Source of the DNA: Candidatus Woesearchaeota archaeon
GTDB lineage: Archaea > Nanobdellota > Nanobdellia > Woesearchaeales > JAGVZT01
Assembly: GCA_043812815.1 (NCBI GenBank)
Contig: JBDRLT010000040.1
Location: 35,724 to 99,723 of the forward strand
DNA: 64,000 bases
Direction of reading: 5' to 3'
Shown in pieces: positions 27,495-36,362 of the stretch. The stretch's first letter is position 1, and every line of letters starts with the position of its first letter. The notes below the pieces were generated by a model, which was given only the letters and a program-made list of their open reading frames with translations, had not been told where the DNA came from and did not search any database. A program made the position numbers and the translations under genes.

Positions 27495-27716
27495 TTGGAG
27501 ATGGAAAAGGAAATTGGGAAGGTTGTGTTTTCTGACAAAACTGCAGTGCACATCAGAATAGATGAGTATAAGGGTAGAAAAGGTGTAACAATCAGGAAGT
27601 TTATCGAGTCTGACAAGTACACTGGCTTTACTAAGCAGGGCTTGAGAGTGCCTATTGAACGCTGGGCTGATTTCAAAGCTGTTATTGATAAAGTCGACGG
27701 TGAGCTGAAGCAGTGA
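27495..27716 (+). CDS. PC4/p15-like ssDNA-binding transcriptional coactivator homolog
   Basis: 73 aa. 'VHIRIDEYKGRKGVTIRKFIESDKYTGFTKQGLRVPIERW' fits the PC4 C-terminal domain pattern (KF..s..YtG.TKKGi.l). Shine-Dalgarno-like 'GGGGGGTTGGAG' upstream. Confidence 0.6.
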   Translation: MEMEKEIGKVVFSDKTAVHIRIDEYKGRKGVTIRKFIESDKYTGFTKQGLRVPIERWADFKAVIDKVDGELKQ

Positions 27717-28847
27717 TTAGGGCTTTAGTTGTTTGTTAATGTTATCTATGAATTTCTGCCAGTCCTCGATTTTTACTACTGCACCACATGCGTAAGCATG
27801 GCCTCCTCCATAACCCTTTACACCAATAAGGGCTTTCTTAACAATGGGGAGCAGTTTCACTGTTCCTGAGCGTAGGCTGCTTTTCATCTCGCCGTTTGTT
27901 GAGCGGCTGACCACCACAATTTTTTTGGGGAATCTGTAGATGAGCTCATTTGAAAGGTCACCTGTGAAGCTGTTGTGGCTGTCTGTGTAAGTGTAAACTA
28001 ACATCTTCTGGTTTCCGGCTTGGTGTATTGATTCTTTGAGTAAGAGTTGATAAGACAGGTCTATTTTGCCAAATTGCTTGTAAATATAGCTTCCCTGGGC
28101 TGTTTCCTGGTTGAGGATTTCATAGGGTGTTTTTATACGCGTTAGGATTTTGACTTGTTTGTTAACGTCTGAAGTTTTGCCTTTAAGATTAAAAGAGAGT
28201 ATCCTTGCAAGTTTTCCAAGCTCGGTGGTGTAGAGCGCTTGAGGTGCTGTTTCTACCTCTGGAGGAAGGAGGTCCGGGTATTGTTTTGAGAATTCCTGAA
28301 CTGGTTTGAGAAAGAACCAATCGCTGACAATCCCTGCTGCTGCTATCCATAGATCTTGTTTGACAGCTCGATAACACCAGTATGTTACAGGCCTGTTGTC
28401 CAGTTTGTTGTTCACCATAGGGTTGTAGTGCCTGACATTATGTCTTGGAATGGGTTCATGGTGGTCAATCCAGATGATTTTTGTTTTTGCACCATCGATA
28501 AATTCCTGGCTTACCTGCGGTTTATCAAGCAGAAAGATTTTGTCTGGCTTGTATTCTTCGACTTTTCTTAGGAAGCTTTCATCAAGTTCAGGTTTGGCTT
28601 TAACAACCACGCCGTGGCCTTCCTTGATATATCTGTAGAGGAGAAGGAAACTGGCAAGGCCGTCAGGGTCATCATCATAGAAGAATAATGGGTTGTATGC
28701 TGTATCAAGCTCATCCTTGATTTCTGTTATCTGCTTTGTAGTTAGTGCCATGGTTATAAAAAAATATATGTGTGGAGAAATTTGGTAAGGTTTATAATAG
28801 TTTGGAAATATCAACATTGCATGGAAAAATTTTTCGATTTTATGCAT
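27717..28847 (-). CDS. DHH/DHHA1-family phosphoesterase (archaeal RecJ/GAN- or nanoRNase-like)
   Basis: 'DDDPDGLAS' (DxD motif), 'WIDHHEP' (DHH motif) and C-terminal 'GYGGGHAYACGA' (GGGH DHHA1 motif). Confidence 0.8.
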   Translation of the reverse strand: MHKIEKFFHAMLIFPNYYKPYQISPHIYFFITMALTTKQITEIKDELDTAYNPLFFYDDDPDGLASFLLLYRYIKEGHGVVVKAKPELDESFLRKVEEYKPDKIFLLDKPQVSQEFIDGAKTKIIWIDHHEPIPRHNVRHYNPMVNNKLDNRPVTYWCYRAVKQDLWIAAAGIVSDWFFLKPVQEFSKQYPDLLPPEVETAPQALYTTELGKLARILSFNLKGKTSDVNKQVKILTRIKTPYEILNQETAQGSYIYKQFGKIDLSYQLLLKESIHQAGNQKMLVYTYTDSHNSFTGDLSNELIYRFPKKIVVVSRSTNGEMKSSLRSGTVKLLPIVKKALIGVKGYGGGHAYACGAVVKIEDWQKFIDNINKQLKP

Positions 28848-29354
28848 AGTGTGGGGAAACTAAAGGATACTAAGAGGGAAGGGTGGGTTATAAAGCAGGT
28901 GTTAGATTCTGAGTCAGTTGCTGACCATTGCTTTAGAACAGCAATATTGGTAATGGTATGTGCAGATCCTCATTTGGATGTAAGTAAATGCATTAAGATG
29001 GCTTTGATACATGATTTGGGTGAATCTGGTGTTGGTGATATTACACCTCACGACCATGTTACTGATGGTGACAAACATGAGAAGGAGAGGAGCGCTGTTA
29101 GTAGATTATTCCCAAAAGAAATTTTAAAACTGTGGGACGAATATACAGCGGGAGAAACCCATGAAGCAAAATTTGTCTACGAGATGGATAAGGTGGAGAT
29201 GCTCATTCAGGCTTATGAGTATGAAGCAGAAAACAGGGCGAAAGGGTCATTAGATGAATTCTGGGATTATGTTAAAAAGAGGGTAAAAAGCAGGACTGCA
29301 GTTGCTATGGTTAGATTGCTGGAAAGTAAGCGGAAATCTGGTAAATCTTTATAA
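28821..29354 (+). CDS. HD-domain phosphohydrolase (YfbR-like 5'-deoxynucleotidase family)
   Basis: 'HCFRTAILVMV', 'MALIHDLGESGVGDITPHD' H...HD...D metal-binding pattern. Start moved to internal Met 'MEKFFDF' to avoid overlap with the convergent gene. Confidence 0.7.
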   Translation: MEKFFDFMHSVGKLKDTKREGWVIKQVLDSESVADHCFRTAILVMVCADPHLDVSKCIKMALIHDLGESGVGDITPHDHVTDGDKHEKERSAVSRLFPKEILKLWDEYTAGETHEAKFVYEMDKVEMLIQAYEYEAENRAKGSLDEFWDYVKKRVKSRTAVAMVRLLESKRKSGKSL

Positions 29355-29377
29355 AGAAATCTGGGTTAGCATATGCT

Positions 29378-30289
29378 ATGCATGCACTTGAAATTAAGAA
29401 TGTGTCAAAGCATTTTGAGCTAAATGGAAAAAGGTTTCATGCTTTGAAAGATGTTAGTTTTGATATTGAAGAGGGCGAGATATTTGGGATTCTGGGGCCT
29501 AATGGCGCAGGCAAGACCACTCTGCTTAATACAGTTACCAATATGCTGATTGCTGATAAAGGCAGCATAAAGATGTTTGGGAAAACACTTGATGAGGATA
29601 AGAGTATTTTGGAGAGGATCAACTTTGTGTCAGGGTTGAGCAGATTTCACTGGAATCTCAATGGGAAGCAGATTCTAAATTTCTACGGGATGCTGTATGA
29701 TGTTCCTGCAGCAGAGAGGCAGAAGAGGATTGAGTATCTTACAGGAATCCTTGAGTTGGGGGATTTTATGGATCAGAATTTTGACAGGCTGTCTTCTGGC
29801 CAGCGCACCAGGCTAGTGCTGGCAAAGGCGCTTATTAACAGCCCGAAGATGCTGCTGCTGGATGAGCCGACTATTGGACTAGATCCTGATATTGCGATCA
29901 AGGTGAGGAGGCTAATTAAGACAGTCAACAGGGAGAGAAAGATGACAATCGTGCTTACGAGCCATTACATGACAGAGGTTGAGCAGCTCTGCGATAGGAT
30001 TGCTTTTTTGCATAAAGGCAAGCTGCTTGATGTGGGTGAGGTTGACAAGCTGAAGTCACGGCAATTTGATGTGTATAAGGTTATGATCGAGGTAGATGCT
30101 GTGAAGAATGTTGCAGAGCTTAAAAAAATGGGTTTCAGAATACAAGGTAAGAAGATTTTTATCAGCATAAATAATGATAGTACTGTCAGTGATGTGCTTG
30201 CCAAACTTGGAAATGCTGGCTATAAGATTTTGGATATTGAGATCAAGAAGCCAAGCTTAGAAGACTATTTTGTGAGGATGCTCAAATGA
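29378..30289 (+). CDS. ABC transporter ATP-binding protein
   Basis: Walker A 'GPNGAGKTT', signature 'LSSGQRTRL', Walker B 'LLLDEPTIGLD', H-loop. Confidence 0.85.
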   Translation: MHALEIKNVSKHFELNGKRFHALKDVSFDIEEGEIFGILGPNGAGKTTLLNTVTNMLIADKGSIKMFGKTLDEDKSILERINFVSGLSRFHWNLNGKQILNFYGMLYDVPAAERQKRIEYLTGILELGDFMDQNFDRLSSGQRTRLVLAKALINSPKMLLLDEPTIGLDPDIAIKVRRLIKTVNRERKMTIVLTSHYMTEVEQLCDRIAFLHKGKLLDVGEVDKLKSRQFDVYKVMIEVDAVKNVAELKKMGFRIQGKKIFISINNDSTVSDVLAKLGNAGYKILDIEIKKPSLEDYFVRMLK

Positions 30290-31062
30290 GGCTATACAAG
30301 ATTAGGGCGATGCTCTATAGGGATATGATTAGTTTTTCCAAAACTAAGGAAAGGATGATTGAGCTACTTTTTTTTCCTGTGACCTCTGCAATTATCTGGG
30401 GGATGTTCGCCAGGCATTATGCTTCGTTCTCAATGGAGACTGGGCTGATGATGCTACTGATTAATATTTTTTGGAGTTTTGCCTATACTTCGCAGAGTAC
30501 AGGGAATTTGCAGATTAACACTGATGTGTGGAGCCATAGCTTAAATCAGTTATTGGTGTCTGGGCTTAGTGAGGTTGAGTATCTGGTTTCAAGACTGGTG
30601 TTTTCAACAGTTGCATCTTTGGGGGTTATTACAGTGATGACCTGGGTTGCCACCTGGTTTGGTTTTGTAGTGCCAGCTCTTCCAGGGTATGCTTGGCTGA
30701 TTTTTGCTTGCCTGCTTGCTTCAAGTGTGCTTGGGATTCTAGTGGTTACTTTATATTTGAGGCTGGGGAGAGAGTATGCTTTTTTGTCATGGAGCTTTTT
30801 GCAACTGATCATTTTGCTGAGTGCTCCTTTTTTCCCTATTGAGACTTATCCTGGCTTTGTCCAAGGGATTGTGAGATTGCTGCCACATACGTGGGTTTTT
30901 CAGGCAGTAAGGGGTTTGGCTGCCACGGGGTTGGTTGATATTGCAATAGTCAACAGGGCTGTTTTGATTTCTTTGTTGGCTTTGGTGTTTGTTTTTCCTT
31001 TGTATGTTAGGGTTTTTAGGTATGCTAGGCAGAGTGGTTCATTGGTTAGGCTGGGGTTTTAA
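30286..31062 (+). CDS. ABC-2 type transporter permease
   Basis: 258 aa with six TM helices. ATGA overlap with the upstream ATPase gene. Confidence 0.7.
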   Translation: MRLYKIRAMLYRDMISFSKTKERMIELLFFPVTSAIIWGMFARHYASFSMETGLMMLLINIFWSFAYTSQSTGNLQINTDVWSHSLNQLLVSGLSEVEYLVSRLVFSTVASLGVITVMTWVATWFGFVVPALPGYAWLIFACLLASSVLGILVVTLYLRLGREYAFLSWSFLQLIILLSAPFFPIETYPGFVQGIVRLLPHTWVFQAVRGLAATGLVDIAIVNRAVLISLLALVFVFPLYVRVFRYARQSGSLVRLGF

Positions 31063-31152
31063 ACAGACCTTGTAGCTCTTTTGTATTTTAATATAACTAT
31101 AAATACTCTAGTATAGTTTCAGATATACTAAAAGCTATTTAGCCAGACTAAG

Positions 31153-32019
31153 TTATCTGAAAATAAATTTATGTAGTGCGGTCCTTCGGCGGCCAGAACT
31201 AAAGGTATAGGCTTGAAAATAAGACCTGTTTTCAAGTGTGACAAGTTGATCTGGGAGGATTTTGTCAGGATGACGATGCATCGCATAGCCACGAAGAACC
31301 AAGGGGGTATGGTCTGCTACAAATGCGAGGACATTTAACAGGGTTTCTCCTGTGTTGGTGTTTTCCTCGATAACTGCAACATTAGCGCCGTTTATAGCTG
31401 TCGCAACTTGGCCGAAGTGTTCGGGTAGTATTTTCACTTGTCCTTGTGTGTATTTAACAAAACCGATATCCACGCCGAGAATACCTGCTACAAGCATTGC
31501 AGCTTCAGATGCTCCACATGCACAACAAACGATGTAATCTGGTATAAGGGATTTGTCAGTCGAAACTCTGTCAACTAGAGATAGAGCAAAATCTGCCACT
31601 TCATCAATAGATATGCTTGCATCACTATTCCTTGCTCTTTTCCAGTAGTTTACATCACCCAATTTTCTAATGTTTGGGGCCATTGCTACAACCCATGATT
31701 CATACCTTTCTGAATCAGGGTGACCAGAGTAGTATGAGGTAATGTACTGGATTGCCATTGGGATGAGGCTTTTCATGATACTGAGCGCTAATTCTCGTTT
31801 TTCAAGAGGAACCTCATTGTTATGCAGGGCATTGTATAATGGTTGGAATAGGTAATATATTGCTGCCCGTCTCAAATCATCAAAATCAATCCCCGCAACT
31901 GGTGGCCACTCATCAAATGATCTGGCATAAAATGTGTTTTCATCAAATGGGATTGAATTCAAGAGAGAATTTGCTGCAATCCTATTTCTAATACCTGCTA
32001 TCTGCTCAAGAGTGTACAT
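31153..32019 (-). CDS. Hypothetical protein with C-terminal phosphoribosyltransferase-like domain
   Basis: 'NVAVIEENTNTGETL' resembles the PRPP-binding loop (V.ivDDv.tTG.Tl). N-terminal ~150 aa unassigned. Confidence 0.45.
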   Translation of the reverse strand: MYTLEQIAGIRNRIAANSLLNSIPFDENTFYARSFDEWPPVAGIDFDDLRRAAIYYLFQPLYNALHNNEVPLEKRELALSIMKSLIPMAIQYITSYYSGHPDSERYESWVVAMAPNIRKLGDVNYWKRARNSDASISIDEVADFALSLVDRVSTDKSLIPDYIVCCACGASEAAMLVAGILGVDIGFVKYTQGQVKILPEHFGQVATAINGANVAVIEENTNTGETLLNVLAFVADHTPLVLRGYAMHRHPDKILPDQLVTLENRSYFQAYTFSSGRRRTALHKFIFR

Positions 32020-32077
32020 ACATTTTGGAGAAGTTGTTTATTATATAAATTCTGTGAGTATCGTGACCGTAGAGTGA

Positions 32078-32288
32078 TAATGCGGGGGACGGGACTTTCA
32101 ACCATAGGTGGCTTTACGCCGCCTGAATTTTGGTCCAGCTTTTCCAAAAAGATGGTTTTGAACCCGCGTATCCACTAAGGAACAGGATGTCATCGGCGGA
32201 ACCAAGGAAACCCTGGTGTCCTCGCCGCTTAAGTCCTGCGCATTTGATTGTCCGGCAATAGCCTCCAGACTTTGCTACCCCCGCATTA
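32078..32288. ncRNA. Candidate structured ncRNA (identity unresolved: SRP RNA / RNase P RNA / 5S-like / other), strand undetermined
   Basis: A 211-nt ~52% GC island in ~30% GC intergenic DNA. It is closed by a perfect 11-bp terminal helix (32078-32088 TAATGCGGGGG with 32278-32288 CCCCCGCATTA). Internal hairpins at 32107-32123 (GGTGGC-TTTAC-GCCGCC) and 32128-32149 (TTTTGG...CCAAAA). No ORF. Confidence 0.3.
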
Positions 32289-32697
32289 GGTAAGGCGTTT
32301 GTATTTGCGTATAAAAAGGTTTTGAAATATTTATTTGTATGTAATTTCTCACTAGCATTCGATTCTCAAGCACAGCTTGAGACTTGCGGAGCCTAAAATT
32401 TTGAAGTATTCTTAACCGACACTAAAATAATTAATAGAAAATATTTTGGCGCGCAATCAGCAAAGGATGGCTCGAAGCCGCGGGAACATCTACTACTGTT
32501 CCTAGCTGGCGAGGTATGTTGGAATACCTCTGTAATTGCCGAGCTTATAACTAGTGTGCAGTCATTTTAGGTGACCCGAAAGTATTTTTTGAAATTTTGC
32601 TTTTTCCTTTTTACCACACAAGAATACTTACTAAACCTTATAAATAAAACAGATTTTAGATATACATTAGCAGCGGTTTGGGAAAAAGAGGTGAAGT

Positions 32698-35094
32698 ATG
32701 AAGTCTGAGGCTTTTATTTTGTGGTTTGATCAACTGGGTATTGAGGATATTCCATCTGTTGGCGGGAAGAATGCGTCTTTGGGCGAAATGTACAGGCTGC
32801 TCACTCCAAAAGGGGTGAGGATTCCAAACGGTTTTGCAGTTACAGCATATGCATACCGCTATTTGCTTGAGCAGACAGGTGCGCAGGAGAAGATTAGGCA
32901 GATCCTCGCTGATTTGAACACGCATGATTTGAAGAATCTCCAAGAAAGAGGAGCAAAGGTTAGAGATCTGATAAAGAGCCTTGAGTTTCCAAAAGAGCTT
33001 GCTGAGGCGATTATTGACGGTTATAGAAATCTTGAAAAGCAGTATGGGGAGAATGTTGATGTGGCTGTAAGGAGTTCTGCCACTGCAGAGGATTTGCCTG
33101 ATGCGAGTTTTGCCGGACAGCAGGATACTTTTTTGAATATCCACGGTTATGAAGCTGTGATTGATGCTTGCAGGAGGTGTTTTGCCTCTTTGTTTACGAA
33201 TCGTGCTATCTCCTATAGACAGGATAAGGGGTTTGACCATTTCTCTATTGCCCTTAGTATCGGGGTGCAGAAGATGGTGAGAAGCGATATGGCATGTTCT
33301 GGGGTTATGTTTAGCATTGATACTGAGTCTGGGTTTAGGGATGCTGTTTTCATAACAGGTTCTTATGGCCTTGGAGAAAATGTGGTGCAGGGCGCAGTCA
33401 ATCCGGATGAGTTTTATGTGCACAAACCTACACTTAAACAGGGTTTCAAGCCGATTATTATGAAGAAGGTGGGCGAGAAAAAGATCAAGATGATTTACAC
33501 CACAGACCAAAAGACTCCAACCAAGAATGTTGAGGTTGTGCCTGAGGATCGTAGGAAGTTTTGCATCACAAATGCTGAGATTCTGGAGCTGGCTTGGATG
33601 GCTGTGGCTATTGAGGATCATTACTCTGGAAAAGCAGGCCACTTCAAGCCAATGGATATGGAGTGGGCAAAGGATGGGATTACCGAACAATTGTTTGTAG
33701 TGCAGGCACGGCCAGAGACTGTGCAAAGCCAGAAAGATCAGAGTGTGCTGAGAGAATATGTTTTGCAAGAGAAGGGTGAAGTTATTGTTGCAGGGAAGTC
33801 TGTGGGCAGTCTTATTGGCAAAGGCAAGGCTAATGTTATTAAGAATGTGCACAACATCCATGATTTCAGGAGAGGAGATGTACTGATCACTGATATGACT
33901 GATCCTGACTGGGAGCCAATAATGAAGATTGCAGCTGCTATTGTGACCAACAGAGGGGGCAGAACATGCCATGCTGCGATTATTTCAAGGGAATTAGGGA
34001 TCCCATGTGTTGTTGGCTCTAACAATGGAACAGAGCTTGTCAAGCAGGGAGAAGAGGTCACTGTTGACTGTTCGCAGGGAGCAGCGGGTTTTGTGTATAG
34101 GGGTTTGCTCGATTTTGAAGTGAAGGAGACAAGGCTTGATAATCTGCCTCAGACAAAGACAAAGATTATGCTGAATATCGGGAATCCAGAGCAGGCTTTT
34201 GAGGCTAGCTTTATTCCTAATGACGGGGTTGGGTTGGCACGCGAGGAGTTTATTATCAATTCTTACATCAAGGTGCATCCGCTGGCTCTGCTCCATTTTG
34301 ATGAGCTTGAAGATGACAGGGTGAAGTGGGAGATTGAGAATCTGACTTATGCTTATGAAAACAAGGCTCAGTTTTATGTTGACAAGCTTGCAGAGGGTAT
34401 TGGAATGATTGCTGCTGCTTTCTATCCCAAGAAGGTTATTTTGAGGCTGAGCGACTTCAAATCAAATGAATATGCCAATTTGATTGGTGGTAAGCAGTTT
34501 GAGCCTGCCGAGGTCAATCCAATGCTGGGGTGGAGGGGTGCCTCAAGGTATTATTCTGCCAAATACAAGAAGGCATTCAGCCTGGAGTGCAAGGCGATTC
34601 TCAAGGTGAGGAATGAGATGGGGCTTACTAACGTTGAGGTGATGATTCCTTTCGCGCGCACTGTGGAAGAGGCGGAGAAGGTGGTTCAAACCATGGCTGA
34701 GTTTGGACTGAGGAAAGGGGAGAATGGTTTGAGGATAATTGGCATGTGCGAGATCCCTGCAAATGTTATTCTGGCTGATGAATTTTTAGAAGTCTTTGAT
34801 GGTTTTAGTATAGGCACTAATGATTTGACTCAGCTGCTGCTGGGTGTTGACAGGGATTCGCAACTTGTTGCGCATATTTATGACGAGCGCAATGAGGCTG
34901 TGAAGAGAATGGTGAAATGGGTGATTGAGTCTGCGAATGCAAAAGGAAAGTATATTGGGATTTGCGGGCAGGCACCGTCTGATTATATTGAGTTTGCTGA
35001 GTTTGTGGTTAAAGCTGGGATCCATTCACTGAGTCTTAACCCAGATACTGTTATTAAGACAAAGGTGGATATTGCTAAATTGGAGGGAGAGTGA
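32698..35094 (+). CDS. ppsA: Phosphoenolpyruvate synthase (pyruvate, water dikinase)
   Basis: 798 aa. N-terminal ATP-grasp ('GGKNASLGEM'), phospho-His domain ('GGRTCHAAIISRELGIPCVVG') and C-terminal PEP-utilising TIM barrel. Confidence 0.9.
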   Translation: MKSEAFILWFDQLGIEDIPSVGGKNASLGEMYRLLTPKGVRIPNGFAVTAYAYRYLLEQTGAQEKIRQILADLNTHDLKNLQERGAKVRDLIKSLEFPKELAEAIIDGYRNLEKQYGENVDVAVRSSATAEDLPDASFAGQQDTFLNIHGYEAVIDACRRCFASLFTNRAISYRQDKGFDHFSIALSIGVQKMVRSDMACSGVMFSIDTESGFRDAVFITGSYGLGENVVQGAVNPDEFYVHKPTLKQGFKPIIMKKVGEKKIKMIYTTDQKTPTKNVEVVPEDRRKFCITNAEILELAWMAVAIEDHYSGKAGHFKPMDMEWAKDGITEQLFVVQARPETVQSQKDQSVLREYVLQEKGEVIVAGKSVGSLIGKGKANVIKNVHNIHDFRRGDVLITDMTDPDWEPIMKIAAAIVTNRGGRTCHAAIISRELGIPCVVGSNNGTELVKQGEEVTVDCSQGAAGFVYRGLLDFEVKETRLDNLPQTKTKIMLNIGNPEQAFEASFIPNDGVGLAREEFIINSYIKVHPLALLHFDELEDDRVKWEIENLTYAYENKAQFYVDKLAEGIGMIAAAFYPKKVILRLSDFKSNEYANLIGGKQFEPAEVNPMLGWRGASRYYSAKYKKAFSLECKAILKVRNEMGLTNVEVMIPFARTVEEAEKVVQTMAEFGLRKGENGLRIIGMCEIPANVILADEFLEVFDGFSIGTNDLTQLLLGVDRDSQLVAHIYDERNEAVKRMVKWVIESANAKGKYIGICGQAPSDYIEFAEFVVKAGIHSLSLNPDTVIKTKVDIAKLEGE

Positions 35095-35846
35095 TGCACA
35101 GGCAAATCGGCAAGTTGATGACAAAAGGGAGAAGCCTTATGCTGGCATGTGATCAGGGGTTTGAGCACGGGCCTGCTGACTTTAATTTGAAGAATATTGA
35201 TCCTGAATTTATTATGGAACTGGCTGAAAAAGGGGGATTTAATGCAGTGATACTGCATAATGGTATTGCTGAAAAATACTATCATGGTTTCAGCAGGAAA
35301 GTGCCTTTGGTAGTCAAGCTTAATGGGAAAACAAATATCCCTAAGATAGAGCCACTATCTGCAAATGTCTGCAGCTTGAAGAGGGCAGTGCAGCTTGGTG
35401 CAGATGCAGTGGGTTTCACTTTGTTTGTGGGAAGCAGGTATGAGCGGGAGATGTATGAGCAGGTAAGCAAAATTGTAGAGGAGGCTCATGATTATGGGAT
35501 TCCTGTTATCACATGGGCATATCCACGAGGAGAGTTTGTGCCTAATCCTCGTGCTACAGGAACACTGGCTCATGCTGCAAGGGTTTGTTTAGAGTTGGGA
35601 GCGGATTTTGTTAAGATAAATTACAATGGAGATTTTGAAGGGTTTAAGTGGGTTGTGAAGGCTGCTGGCAAAGCCAGGGTTATGGTGGCTGGTGGTAATA
35701 AGGTTGATGACGCTGAGTTTTTGCAGAAGACAAAGGAAGTGCTGGATGCGGGGGCAGTGGGGATTGCAGTCGGAAGGCAGGTGTGGCAGCATGCTGAGCC
35801 GATGAAGATGATTGAGGCGATTAAGAAAGTGGTTTTTGATGAGTGA
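35091..35846 (+). CDS. Class I fructose-bisphosphate aldolase, archaeal DhnA/FbaB type (or paralogous ADH synthase)
   Basis: DeoC/LacD-family TIM barrel: 'LACDQGFEHGP', 'ADAVGFTLFVGS', 'ADFVKINY' (Schiff-base Lys region), 'VMVAGGNK'. ATGA overlap with ppsA. Confidence 0.75.
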   Translation: MMHRQIGKLMTKGRSLMLACDQGFEHGPADFNLKNIDPEFIMELAEKGGFNAVILHNGIAEKYYHGFSRKVPLVVKLNGKTNIPKIEPLSANVCSLKRAVQLGADAVGFTLFVGSRYEREMYEQVSKIVEEAHDYGIPVITWAYPRGEFVPNPRATGTLAHAARVCLELGADFVKINYNGDFEGFKWVVKAAGKARVMVAGGNKVDDAEFLQKTKEVLDAGAVGIAVGRQVWQHAEPMKMIEAIKKVVFDE

Positions 35847-36237
35847 TTTTGCTATTTCTGTAAAGGCATTTGTAGTTAACAGTGGCAAGTTATTGCTCAT
35901 CAAGCGCGTTGCAAATAATCCTCATAAGCCAGGAGCATGGGAGGTTCCAGGAGGCAGACTTGGACTTGGAGAAGATCCCTTTGAAGGTTTAAAGCGAGAG
36001 ACAAAAGAAGAAACTGGTATTGAAATTGAGGTGAAAAATCCGCTGAGAGTGCATCATTTAACCAGAGCGGATGGCCAGATAATCACTATGATTACTTTTT
36101 TCTGCACTGCTTCAAATCAAGAAGTTGTGCTGAGTGAGGAGCATGATGAATTTTTATGGATAGACGTTGAGAGAGCTAAAGAGGTTATTCATCCTGCTTA
36201 TTATGAGGATGTTGATAATTTGCTGAGATTTATTTGA
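35839..36237 (+). CDS. NUDIX hydrolase
   Basis: Nudix box 'GGRLGLGEDPFEGLKRETKEETGIEIE' (GX5EX7REUXEEXGU). Start set at the internal Met 'MSDFAISV'. Confidence 0.8.
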   Translation: MSDFAISVKAFVVNSGKLLLIKRVANNPHKPGAWEVPGGRLGLGEDPFEGLKRETKEETGIEIEVKNPLRVHHLTRADGQIITMITFFCTASNQEVVLSEEHDEFLWIDVERAKEVIHPAYYEDVDNLLRFI

Positions 36238-36362
36238 TACCGACTGTTGCATGAAAATATTTCTATTTGTTATCCCAACCTACTGGTGGTTTCTACTTAC
36301 CCAAGTAATGTTTACCACTTCAAAATGGAAAAATTAATAAGGATGCTAATTACTAGAGGTTT

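Noticed and set aside
32078-32288. Calling the GC-rich island 5S rRNA, SRP RNA or RNase P RNA outright
   Set aside because: Only fragmentary motif resemblance was seen (GUGGAUAC, ACUUAAGC on the minus strand). The 211-nt length fits none of them cleanly, and universal motifs (RNase P GGAAAGUCCGG; SRP GGAAGG-AGCA helix 8) were not found. It is therefore reported only as an unassigned candidate ncRNA.
32656-33972. 438-aa minus-strand ORF
   Set aside because: It is entirely antisense to phosphoenolpyruvate synthase, a confidently identified 798-aa gene. It has a Cys/His/Leu-rich nonsense composition and is a shadow ORF.
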